DNA of 64,000 nucleotides, from NCBI GenBank assembly GCA_903877115.1, contig CAIRCS010000175.1:5638-69637 (forward strand), in the 5' to 3' direction. The position numbers and the translations under genes were made by a program. Under the pieces are notes generated by a model. The model saw nothing but the letters and a program-made list of their open reading frames with translations. It had not been told where the DNA came from and searched no databases. This DNA comes from an uncultured Legionella sp. (lineage in GTDB: Bacteria > Pseudomonadota > Gammaproteobacteria > Legionellales > Legionellaceae). Position 1 is the stretch's first letter, and each line of letters opens with the position of its first letter. This document shows positions 1 to 10,000 of the stretch, in pieces.

Positions 1-37
1 GATCTCTAGATTCCGCGGACAAGCCACGGGACGTAGA
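1..37. repeat. Partial dispersed repeat at the window edge: a family-A arm fragment (gatctctaga) followed by the family-B motif (tccgcggacaagccacgggacgtag)
   Basis: The motif recurs at 22370-22398, at 23818-23848 (reverse orientation) and at 62988-63005. The gatctctaga arm matches 22268-22278. Confidence 0.5.
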
Positions 38-69
38 CGTGTTATTAATACCGATGAAGAGATAACAGA

Positions 70-2658
70 ATGAATACAAGCGAATTACGACAAGCATTTT
101 TAGATTATTTTGTGCAACAAGGACATACCGTGGTCCCAAGTAGTTCTTTGGTCCCAAATAACGATCCCACGCTATTGTTTACTAATGCAGGCATGGTGCA
201 ATTTAAAGATGTGTTTTTGGGTCAAGAACAACGACCGTATCGGCGCGCTGTCACTGTGCAACGTTGCTTGCGCGCAGGCGGAAAGCATAATGATTTAGAA
301 AATGTTGGTTATACCGCGCGACATCATACTTTTTTTGAGATGTTGGGAAATTTCAGTTTTGGGGATTATTTTAAACACGATGCCATCCGTTTTGCTTGGG
401 AGTTTTTAACCCAAGTATTAAAAATTCCTGCCCAGCGCTTGTGGGTGTCAGTGTATCAAGATGATGACGAAGCGGCCGACATTTGGCTGAATGAAATTGG
501 AGTAGCAGCAGATCGGATTTCGCGTTGTGGTGAAAAAGATAATTTTTGGTCTATGGGCGATACGGGTCCCTGTGGTCCCTGTACTGAAATTTTTTATGAC
601 CATGGACCAGACATAGCTGGCGGGCCGCCTGGCAGTCCGGATGCAGACGGTGATCGCTACATTGAGATCTGGAATTTGGTGTTCATGCAATTTAATCGGG
701 ATCAACACGGACATTTGCATCCATTGCCGCAACCCTCTGTGGATACGGGGATGGGTTTGGAGCGGATATCTGCTTTATTGCAAGGCGTCCATAACAATTT
801 TCATATCGATTTATTTCAAAATCTCATTAAAACTATTCTTCAATTTAAAGCGGATTTGGATCCGAGTCATCCTTCTTTAAAAGTGATCGCCGATCATTTG
901 CGCGCCTGTGCCTTTTTATTAACAGATGGCGTGATCCCGAGTAATGAAGGGCGTGGTTATGTGTTGCGCCGTATTATTCGGCGTGCGGTTCGTCATGGTT
1001 ATGCATTGGGATTGCCTGTTCCGTTTTTTCATCACTTAGTTGCGCCTTTGGTGACTATCATGGGAAGTGCCTATCCCGACCTACGCAAGCAGCAAGCTCA
1101 AATTGAACAACGTCTTGAGCAAGAAGAGCAACAATTCATGCGGACTTTGGATCAAGGATTGGGTTTGTTACAAGCTCAAATTCAAACAGATAATTTGCAA
1201 ACCATTTCCGGAGAGCTGGCCTTTAAATTGTACGATACATATGGTTTTCCTTTGGATCTGACGGCAGATATTGCGCGCGAGCATGGTTTGCAAGTTGATA
1301 TGGAAGGATTTCAACATTATATGCAGCAGCAACGTGTTCAATCACAATCTGCCAGTCAATTTGAAGGTCATTATCATGAATTGATATCGCTTGCTGTGAC
1401 ATCGCATTTTCATGGCTATGAACAAGACGAATTACAGTCAGATATTGTTGCTTTGTTGCAAGATGGAAAACTAGTAGAGCAGTTGAAGCATGGTGACAAA
1501 GGTGCTGTCATTTTGGCTGAAACTCCTTTTTATGCAGAAGCAGGGGGACAGGTTGGGGACAAAGGTACTTTATCGGGAGACTCCCTGTTATTTCGTGTAG
1601 ATGAGACACGCCAACAAGGGTCTGCAATTGTGCATCATGGTGAAGTGCTGAAAGGAGAGCTGTCTGCGAAGCAACGAGTGTGGGCTACTATTGATGAATT
1701 GAGACGCGATGCGATTCGTTTACACCATAGTGCCACTCATTTATTGCATGCTGCATTACGAGTTGTTCTGGGTGAGCACGTGCAACAAAAGGGTTCCTTG
1801 GTTGAATCAGAGCGCGCTCGTTTTGATTTTGCGCATGGTGCTGCGATTACTGCACAAGATTTGGAACGAGTAGAAACGCTGGTGAATGAACAAATTCGTT
1901 TAAACCAGCCGATTGACACGGCGATTATGTCTTTGGACGAAGCCAAATTGACAGGCGCTGCGGCATTATTTGATGAAAAATATGCGGATACAGTCCGAGT
2001 TTTATCAATGGGTGGTTTTTCTAAAGAGCTTTGTGGTGGCACGCATGCGAGTCGCACAGGCGATTTGGGGTTATTCAAAATTACGGCTGAATATGGTGTG
2101 GCAAGTGGTGTTCGACGGATTGAATTTGTGGCGGGCAATGCTGCTTTGTTGTGGGTGAATCAGCGACTCCAGACTTTGAATACGCTGGCTGTAGTCATGA
2201 AAGCGCAACCTGAAACGGTGGTCGATAAGGTCCAACATGCTTTGGATGCCATGAAGCGGCAAGAAAAAGATTTACAACAATATCAACAGATTGCTTTGCA
2301 GCAAGAAAGTATTGTTTTGCGGGAACAAGTCGAGATGTTGGGGGACGTGGCATTATTGATCAAACAATTGGATCATTTGGATGCGAAAGGTTTACGTTCA
2401 TTATTGGATCAACTCAAGTCGAGTATTGCGAATTCCGTGATCATTTTGTATGCCGTGCATGAGGGTAATTTAGCGGTTGTGGTCGGTGTTAGTAAAGCTA
2501 TTTTAGGTAAAGTGCCTTCAGCTGGGGTCTTGGTGAAACAGATTTGTGGTAAAGGCGGCGGACGCGATGATATGGCGCAGGGCGGTGGCCCCGTGCCGAG
2601 TGATTTGGGTGAGCGTATAGCTCAGTTGCGTACAATGTTGAGTTCTGCGGGTCGATAG
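70..2658 (+). CDS. alaS: Alanine--tRNA ligase
   Basis: The 862-aa ORF has class II AlaRS motifs (FTNAGMVQFKD, RCLRAGGKHNDLENVG, FFEMLGNFSFGDYFK). It also has the editing-domain HSATHLLH and CGGTH motifs and the C-terminal GGGRDDMAQGGG motif. Confidence 0.97.
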   Translation: MNTSELRQAFLDYFVQQGHTVVPSSSLVPNNDPTLLFTNAGMVQFKDVFLGQEQRPYRRAVTVQRCLRAGGKHNDLENVGYTARHHTFFEMLGNFSFGDYFKHDAIRFAWEFLTQVLKIPAQRLWVSVYQDDDEAADIWLNEIGVAADRISRCGEKDNFWSMGDTGPCGPCTEIFYDHGPDIAGGPPGSPDADGDRYIEIWNLVFMQFNRDQHGHLHPLPQPSVDTGMGLERISALLQGVHNNFHIDLFQNLIKTILQFKADLDPSHPSLKVIADHLRACAFLLTDGVIPSNEGRGYVLRRIIRRAVRHGYALGLPVPFFHHLVAPLVTIMGSAYPDLRKQQAQIEQRLEQEEQQFMRTLDQGLGLLQAQIQTDNLQTISGELAFKLYDTYGFPLDLTADIAREHGLQVDMEGFQHYMQQQRVQSQSASQFEGHYHELISLAVTSHFHGYEQDELQSDIVALLQDGKLVEQLKHGDKGAVILAETPFYAEAGGQVGDKGTLSGDSLLFRVDETRQQGSAIVHHGEVLKGELSAKQRVWATIDELRRDAIRLHHSATHLLHAALRVVLGEHVQQKGSLVESERARFDFAHGAAITAQDLERVETLVNEQIRLNQPIDTAIMSLDEAKLTGAAALFDEKYADTVRVLSMGGFSKELCGGTHASRTGDLGLFKITAEYGVASGVRRIEFVAGNAALLWVNQRLQTLNTLAVVMKAQPETVVDKVQHALDAMKRQEKDLQQYQQIALQQESIVLREQVEMLGDVALLIKQLDHLDAKGLRSLLDQLKSSIANSVIILYAVHEGNLAVVVGVSKAILGKVPSAGVLVKQICGKGGGRDDMAQGGGPVPSDLGERIAQLRTMLSSAGR

Positions 2659-2666
2659 CCCTTATT

Positions 2667-2798
2667 TTCCTTCTCCCCGTAGGGGAGAAGGTGTCGCGTA
2701 GCGACGGATGAGGGGAATAAAACAGCCTTGATTGTGCAACCATAGAGCAAAACCCTCATTCGCCGCTTTGCGACACCATCTCCCTAGAAGGGAGATGG
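2667..2798. repeat. Compound palindromic REP/MITE-like element (family D) in the alaS-fliA spacer
   Basis: The left end carries the hairpins ccttctcccc-gta-ggggagaagg and tgtcgc-gta-gcgac. The right end carries the related inverted copy gcgacacc / atctccct-aga-agggagat. Confidence 0.6.
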
Positions 2799-2891
2799 AA
2801 AAATAGAGAAAGCCCAGAATACTCGTGGTTTTTAAAAACTCCTGGTATAGTAATACTTTGCGCAGTACAAAAGTGGCAACGGAGAGCTGCA

Positions 2892-3614
2892 TTGGATGCC
2901 TTGTCAAAAAAGACGCAGGTACAGGAACAGACTCAAGAAGCTTTGGTGAAAAGCCATGCTTTATTGGTTAAAAAAATAGCATATCATTTGGCTGGTCGTT
3001 TGCCACGTTCCATTTTGATGGATGATTTAATGCAAGCGGGGATGTTGGGTTTGCTAGAAGCAGTGCGTTCTTATGATGATAACAAAGGGGCTGCTTTTGA
3101 GACGTATGCCAGCATTCGGATCCGTGGTTTTATGTTGGATGAAGTGCGACGCAATGATTGGGTCCCGCGGTCGGTATATCGCAATGCGCGTCTTGTTGCG
3201 CGTGCTGTGCGTATCGTAGAGAATCGCTATGGGCGTGAAGCCAGCGATCATGATGTGGCGCAAGAATTGGGATTGGGTCTGCAGGAGTACCATGAATTAT
3301 TGGCGGATACTAATGGTGCGCATTTGTATGGCTTTGATGATTTGGGCGTGACCGATGATGTATTATGTGACGAGGTCAATGGTGCAGCAACCGAGCCGCA
3401 AGCAAATGTTCTGAATGCTGACTTCAAATCTCAGCTGACTGCTGTGATTGATGGACTGCCACAGAATGAGCGCATGGTTTTGTCTTTATATTATGAACAT
3501 GATTTGAATTTGAAAGAGATTGGTGATGTGATGGGCGTGACGGAGTCGCGAGTTTCCCAGATTCATAGCCAAGCAACGCACCGAATTCGAGCGCGTTTAG
3601 AACAGGATAGGTAA
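2892..3614 (+). CDS. fliA: RNA polymerase sigma-28 factor FliA
   Basis: The 240-aa ORF starts at TTG. It has sigma-70 family regions 2, 3 and 4: LVKKIAYHLAGRLP, DDLMQAGMLGLLEAV, YASIRIRGFMLDEVRRNDW and NLKEIGDVMGVTESRVSQIHSQA. Confidence 0.9.
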   Translation: MDALSKKTQVQEQTQEALVKSHALLVKKIAYHLAGRLPRSILMDDLMQAGMLGLLEAVRSYDDNKGAAFETYASIRIRGFMLDEVRRNDWVPRSVYRNARLVARAVRIVENRYGREASDHDVAQELGLGLQEYHELLADTNGAHLYGFDDLGVTDDVLCDEVNGAATEPQANVLNADFKSQLTAVIDGLPQNERMVLSLYYEHDLNLKEIGDVMGVTESRVSQIHSQATHRIRARLEQDR

Positions 3615-4724
3615 TGATGTTAGAGTTGAATCAATTGCATTTGCATATGGCAGATTTAGAAAGTCGGATTACTGCGCTTCGGGGGTATCTTTGACTATGA
3701 TCGTTTGGCCGAACGCTTAATAGAAGTCGTACGCGAATTAGAGTCGCCAACCATTTGGAACAATCCTGAACAGGCACAAACCTTGGGACGTGAGCGCGCT
3801 CATTTGGAAGGTATTGTGTATAGTCTTCGAGATTTAACTCAATCATTGCGAGATTTGATTGATTTATTGGACATGGCGGTTGCCGAGTCTGATGAAGCAG
3901 TGATTCAGGGCGTGGTGAAGGATTTGGATGCTATTACTACCCAAGTGAATGCTTTGGAATTCCAACGGATGTTTTCGGGCAAAATGGACCAAGCCAATGC
4001 GTATGTGGATATCCAATCAGGTTCCGGAGGAACGGAAGCCCAAGATTGGGCCGAGATGATATTGCGCATGTATTTACGTTGGGGAGAGCAGCACGGATTT
4101 GACCCCACCTTGATTGAATGTTCGGCAGGGGATGTGGCAGGGATCAAATCAGCCACTATTTATATGCAAGGATCCTATGCTTTTGGTTGGTTACGTACGG
4201 AGACCGGTGTCCATCGGTTGGTACGTAAATCTCCTTTTGATTCAGGAAACCGTCGGCATACGTCGTTTGCTTCAGTTTTTGTGTCGCCGGAAGTCGATGA
4301 AGACGTTGCAATTGAGATCAATCCCGCTGATTTGCGGATTGATACTTATCGTGCTTCGGGTGCGGGTGGACAACATGTGAACCGAACGGATTCTGCGGTG
4401 CGGATTACCCATATGCCGTCTGGCATAGTCGTACAATGTCAAACGGATCGTAGTCAGCACAAAAATAAAGATCAGGCTATGAAGCAATTGCGCGCCAAAT
4501 TGTATGAAATGGAAATGCAAAAGAAAAATGCCGCATTACAAGCATTGGAAGACACTAAATCGGACATTGGTTGGGGATCGCAAATTCGATCTTATGTTTT
4601 GGACCAATCCCGGATCAAAGATTTACGTACTGGCGTTGAGACCAGCAATACGCAAGCCGTATTGGATGGGGCATTGGACCAGTTTATTGAAGCCAGTTTG
4701 AAAGCAGGAGTAGACAACGAATGA
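3614..4724 (+). CDS. prfB: Peptide chain release factor 2 (programmed +1 frameshift: 3614..3691 joined to 3693..4724)
   Basis: A short frame-0 ORF ([26 protein letters not shown]) ends at an in-frame TGA at 3692-3694. The +1 frame continues DYDRLAERL... into the 339-aa ORF. That ORF carries SPF (KSPFDS), GGQHVN and typical RF2 domains. Confidence 0.95.
3681..3695 (+). promoter_or_regulatory. RF2 autoregulatory +1 frameshift site (internal SD-like GGGGG, then tat CTT TGA C)
   Basis: The sequence cgGGGGGtatCTTTGAc matches the canonical E. coli prfB shift site (AGGGGGTATCTTTGAC) in every element. The CTT slippery codon is at 3689-3691 and the UGA-C stop context at 3692-3695. Confidence 0.9.
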
Positions 4725-6214
4725 CCACTGAAGAGTTGATAGATGATCGTGACGTGTATGAGATTCGTCAGCAAAAATTAGCTGATTTGCGGGCACAAGG
4801 ATTTGATTTTCCCAATCATTTTAGACGCAGTCATCAAGCTGCAGACATTATGCAAAAATACGCCGCTACGTCGGCAGAAGCGTTGGCTGCAGAACCGATT
4901 GAAGTGGCGATTGCAGGGCGGATTATGTTGCGTCGTTTGATGGGGAAGGCGAGTTTTTGCCATCTGCAAGATGTCTCTGGCCGTATTCAAGTCTATGTGC
5001 GCGGGCAAGATGTGGGTGATGACAGTTATGAACAGTTTAAACTCTGGGATTTGGGCGATATTATTGGGGTGCATGGCTATTTATTCATCACCAAAACGGG
5101 TGAGCTGACAGTGCATGCGACGGCCATTCAACTATTGACCAAATCGTTACGTCCTTTGCCAGATAAATTCCATGGTTTGATTGATCAAGAAATGCGGTAT
5201 CGCAAGCGTTATGTAGATCTGATTGCGAATGAAGATAGTCGCCAAGTGTTTTTAATCCGTTCGCAAGTCGTCAAAAAGTTAAGACAATTTATGGATCAAC
5301 ATCAGTTTTTGGAAGTAGAAACGCCCATGATGCATCCTATTCCTGGTGGCGCTGTAGCCAGACCGTTTGTGACGTATCACAATACTTTAGATATGGAGCT
5401 GTATTTACGGATCGCGCCTGAATTGTACCTCAAACGCTTGGTAGTGGGCGGGTTTGAGCGAGTGTACGAAATTAATCGAAATTTCCGAAATGAAGGGATT
5501 TCTACCCGGCATAATCCAGAATTCACGATGATTGAATTCTATCAAGCGTATGCGGATTATAAGGATTTGATGAATTTCACAGAAGACTTATTAAAATACC
5601 TATGCGACGAAGTATTACAACAACGCCAAATTGTTTATCAAGGTCATCAGATTGATTTTAATCAACCGTTTGCCAGACTTACGATTCAAGAAGCGATTTT
5701 ACAGTATCATCCGACAGTGACTATGGAACAACTTCAGACGGTGGAAAGTTGCCGTGCGCTATTAGATAAACTAGGATTTTCCTACCAACAGGCAGACAAA
5801 GCAGATAAATTACAAATGATTCTGTTTGAAGAAACGGTTGAGCATCAATTGATTCAACCCACCTTTGTGATGGCATATCCTACGGTGGTATCGCCCTTAG
5901 CGCGGTCTTCGGCTGCTGATCCCAATGTGACAGATCGTTTTGAATTATTTATTGCTGGTCGCGAATTGGCGAATGGATTTTCTGAATTGAATGATGCACA
6001 AGATCAAGCTGCACGCTTCAAGCGCCAAGTTGAAGAAAAAGAAGCGGGTGATCTGGAAGCTATGCATTTTGATTCTGATTATATTGAGGCTCTAGAATAT
6101 GGCTTGCCACCTACCGCAGGAGAGGGCATTGGGATCGATCGACTGGTGATGTTATTTACCAACGCAGCTTCGATTCGAGATGTGATTCTGTTTCCACAAA
6201 TGCGAGCTCAATAG
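4721..6214 (+). CDS. lysS: Lysine--tRNA ligase (class II)
   Basis: The 497-aa ORF has class II motifs ([40 protein letters not shown]). Its ATG overlaps the prfB TGA (ATGA), matching the conserved prfB-lysS arrangement. Confidence 0.97.
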   Translation: MTTEELIDDRDVYEIRQQKLADLRAQGFDFPNHFRRSHQAADIMQKYAATSAEALAAEPIEVAIAGRIMLRRLMGKASFCHLQDVSGRIQVYVRGQDVGDDSYEQFKLWDLGDIIGVHGYLFITKTGELTVHATAIQLLTKSLRPLPDKFHGLIDQEMRYRKRYVDLIANEDSRQVFLIRSQVVKKLRQFMDQHQFLEVETPMMHPIPGGAVARPFVTYHNTLDMELYLRIAPELYLKRLVVGGFERVYEINRNFRNEGISTRHNPEFTMIEFYQAYADYKDLMNFTEDLLKYLCDEVLQQRQIVYQGHQIDFNQPFARLTIQEAILQYHPTVTMEQLQTVESCRALLDKLGFSYQQADKADKLQMILFEETVEHQLIQPTFVMAYPTVVSPLARSSAADPNVTDRFELFIAGRELANGFSELNDAQDQAARFKRQVEEKEAGDLEAMHFDSDYIEALEYGLPPTAGEGIGIDRLVMLFTNAASIRDVILFPQMRAQ

Positions 6215-6239
6215 TCATTCGTGGAAGGTATATATGCGG

Positions 6240-6875
6240 TTAGCTAACAAAACCAGAGACAGTTCCCTTATCCTGCACCGTTTCGCCGTTTAATTTAATA
6301 TCTTGAGTTTGTTGCGCCAAATCAAAGATATTTAAGTTTGGACGCGCTCGGACAGGTTTCGGGCGGTAGAGTGGAAGCAAAGTATTCTGTGTTTCGCTGT
6401 TTAATTTAGGCTCATGGGTTTGTTTTTCTGAACCAAAGATACTTGAGCCTTGGTGACTTGAGATAGGTTTCGGGCAGGAGAGTTTAGCTACATCCGGTAG
6501 ACTTGCAGAACTTTTTTCCGGGCTAGGCGATTTTTGTTTTTTGCATTGTGCAATCAACTTATTTGCCACCTCAATAGGTAAGGGACAGCTATTAAGACGA
6601 AATGCTTGTGCTACTTCCTTAACATCATGTTCATACATTGAGTTGACTGAACCTTTTCCGAAAATAGCAGGCCCCATTTTTATCTGAGAAGCGTCAAAGT
6701 CTTCATCGGAGTTCCATGCAACACTCTGATAGGCCGAATTTAGCGGTAGTAATGTTGGGTGGGTTTGATAAAACAAATCAATGGGATCCAATAAGTCTGT
6801 TCGGTCATCTAAGTGAAGGGTATCAAAGGCTTTTTTAATTTTGTTGGCAACAAATTGATGCAACATATAGAGCAC
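6240..6875 (-). CDS. Hypothetical protein (no recognisable domain)
   Basis: This 211-aa ORF is divergent from the giant ORF. Its C-terminal half is Ser/Pro/Lys-rich and low in complexity. I recognised no motif. Confidence 0.45.
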   Translation of the reverse strand: MLYMLHQFVANKIKKAFDTLHLDDRTDLLDPIDLFYQTHPTLLPLNSAYQSVAWNSDEDFDASQIKMGPAIFGKGSVNSMYEHDVKEVAQAFRLNSCPLPIEVANKLIAQCKKQKSPSPEKSSASLPDVAKLSCPKPISSHQGSSIFGSEKQTHEPKLNSETQNTLLPLYRPKPVRARPNLNIFDLAQQTQDIKLNGETVQDKGTVSGFVS

Positions 6876-6975
6876 TAGGATTTTAGACGTATCGTCAAAT
6901 TGAATACTGTTACCTGGGTGTGATGGTTCATTGTTGTGGGTAAGTTTGTTTTCAATAGATTGTTTGTGTTAGGAC

Positions 6976-7005
6976 TTGACCCAAGTCATTGTGTTCATTT
7001 ATAAT
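6976..7005 (+). promoter_or_regulatory. Sigma-70-like promoter candidate for the giant ORF
   Basis: TTGACC (6976-6981), an 18-nt spacer, then TATAAT (7000-7005), about 29 nt upstream of the ATG at 7034. Confidence 0.4.
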
Positions 7006-7033
7006 GCATTAGTTGTATTTTTTTGTATTTTTT

Positions 7034-10000
7034 ATGCCGACTGCTCCTTTTATCATTTGCAATCATCCTAAATCTTCCTGGGCTTTGGAATCTGCGCCGG
7101 TTGGACAGGTGGATGTCAGTCATCTTTTAACGATTTGGGTGCAACACTATTGGCCGCAATATACTTTCTCAACTTGTCTAAGGCAGGGTTGGCCGAAAGG
7201 TAGTTACTCAACATTTTTTCGTGGTCCTAGTGCATGCCACGACATCGACCTGTCTATAGCAGACGACATCACTAACACTTTGCATCATATCGAACGTCTT
7301 AAGCGTGCTGGCGAACAGATTACGCTGACTTTCTCTAGGACCAATATGCTGGAATTGGATGCTCTGTTGGCAAAAAAATCCATCCGAGAGCAATTTGACG
7401 TGCTGACGCAAATTGTTGATGTAGTAGGAGGGTGGCGGCTATGTTACGCGATTGGGATTGAGTTTTCCGAGGTTTTTTTGGCTGAAGAGGGGCATGCCCT
7501 GCCAGCACACTATCGTCATGATGTGGATCGTGTGGTCACCAGGCTGGCAGAGTATCAACATTGCAGCGCACAGTTTTCCTATCAATTCGCCAAGGTTTTT
7601 TTTGGCATATACAGCGAGTGTTTTGTCCCTAAAAGTTTGATAAGTTCTTACATTTATGCTGGTTGGTGGCATGCCTACACACCAAACAGACTTGCGATCA
7701 ACGATTTGACCCACATTCTAGAAGTTAAAGCGTTTTTACAGCGAAGGACGGATGATTCTCAAATTGTTCTGCGCTTGAGTCCTCAAATCAATCTGGACGA
7801 TTTGCAATATTGCTATGCAGATTTTTTGAACTGTACCAAATTGAGAGAAGTGATTTTTCTATTGTCGGGCTCTCATTATACAGAAGCAGACAATAGAGAG
7901 CAGGTTTTGCAAAATTTGGCAGATTTGGCTTCTCAGTTTCATTGGCGATTTTTCCCTCATGTCTTTTTATTAACCCGACCCACTGACGTGCGTTGTGTAA
8001 CTGCATTAGAGACAGAGTCTGTGGAGCAATCTGGTTTTCGTGCCCTCAAGCAGGGAACTGGCTATTATTTGTCTGATCCGAAGATTTTTGCGGAAATTTA
8101 TCGTAATTTGCAAAATCACTCCCAGCTTATGGGGCTTGAATTAGCTGAAGTATTTGATGCTGCGCAGCTGGCGCCCACGCAGAAGCAATCCACGTATATT
8201 ATTCAAAATGGGTTACCCACAGAACAGTATCGTAAATCTAAGCGGTTTGATGCACAACAATTGAAAGCACAGTTGAGTTTTACGGTAACTCAACAGTACG
8301 CCCAGACGCGTGAAGTGACGCAAAATCAAACGTTGCAACAACAGCAAGAGCTCAGTCAACAACAAGAACTTTCGCAAACGCAAGCCCATCAGCAACAACG
8401 TCAACAGCAAATGGGTATTGATCTGTTTCGGGCTACGGTCTCGTTTAAAGAGTTTGAGCGGAAATTATATTTTCTAGCTAGCCAGTATCAGGTGGTTCCA
8501 GATGCAGATACCAAACTGATGCGCGATAGTCATTATTACACGGCATATCATGCTAAAACGAATCTGATGTCGCGCTTGTTGCATGAGTCTGATTTTCGAT
8601 CAAAAGTCACTGCTACTATTTTTAGGCGGTTTTCCTATAACTCACATACGTCAGGATTGGTAAAACAGTCTTTTGTCCAAATGGATGCTAGAATTGCTGA
8701 ACGGTTGTTAAGTAAAATTACGCAAATAGTAGATGGTTTGGATGGAGACTCTTTGGTGCTTGAGGAGGGCTTATATTCCATCATGATGTCGCCGTTGTAT
8801 CGTTTTCCTACTTTGATAGGCTATTCAGGGGTATTTCACTATAGTACACCAGCTCCTATTTCGTATCTTAGTATGCTGTCCACGGCAGGGCCGCATCAGT
8901 TCCAGTCAGTTATTCAAGCGGCTGCTTTGTTGCGCGAAGAGGATTGGGGGGGGGAGTCAAAGTTTCGTAACACGGTGCAACAGACGCTGCAATATTTGGT
9001 GACAGTCTTTCAGCCTGACTGTACAGCAACACTGAATGATGAAGCGCGTTTTCGTCGTTATTTGCGGATCTTATTTCGTCTCCATTGCCCCAGTGCTGAT
9101 TTTTCTATTTTTACTAGATTTTTAGAATCTTTTCCAACCTTGACTCGCGATCATTGTAAAATTATCTTATATCCGATTGTGTCAGGCTATCGCCATCATG
9201 CAGAACAATTTTTGTTGTTATTGACTGCATTAGAGCAGCGTGCCTTGTTGGAAAATTTCCGTAGAATTTATTTTGACTATGCGCTTACGGTTGATGTTGT
9301 TGCGGATTTATTGCAGCAAAAGCACGGCCGTTTGCAGACTATTGTTGAAAAAATTCAGGATTCTTCGTCTCACAAACATATTGGTTCGTGGGGGGACTTA
9401 CCTCCGCATTTATTTTTGACTGTAGCGCAAAGAACGCCGATTGGTCTTGATTCAGCAGATTGGCCACCATTTGAAACATTTGCCCATCATTTTTTGCTCT
9501 ACACCAGCAAACAAGCTATTGATATACAACAAATTGATTTAAAAACCTTGCAAAAATTTTGGCAACGGGTCGATGCCAAAATTTATCGATATTACAAAGG
9601 TGATCGCGAAGCTGTGGAACAGTGTATGCGGTTATTTGTCGATAAGGTCATTTGCCCCAAACGGGGTTTGGTGATAGCTCCGGTGTGTCAGGCTATGACT
9701 ATTTTGGATGGTTTCGAGAACATGATCGCAAATGCTATTCGACGCGATACGTTGACAGAGCAATTGCGAGAATGGGAAGACGTTTCTTTATTAGTTACCG
9801 AAGCTGTGCATGCGGGTTGCAACAATGATTTTGGCGTCGTTACCAAAGAAATGGCCATAGATATCATGCAATTACGACTGATGTGTGAAAAAGGAGATAC
9901 CTATCATCTTGCTGATTGCTATAAATCGTCGTATCAGTTCTCTGCCCAAGATTTAAAAACGTTGTTGAATGAGCAATGCCTCGTGGATACGGGAGTTTAT

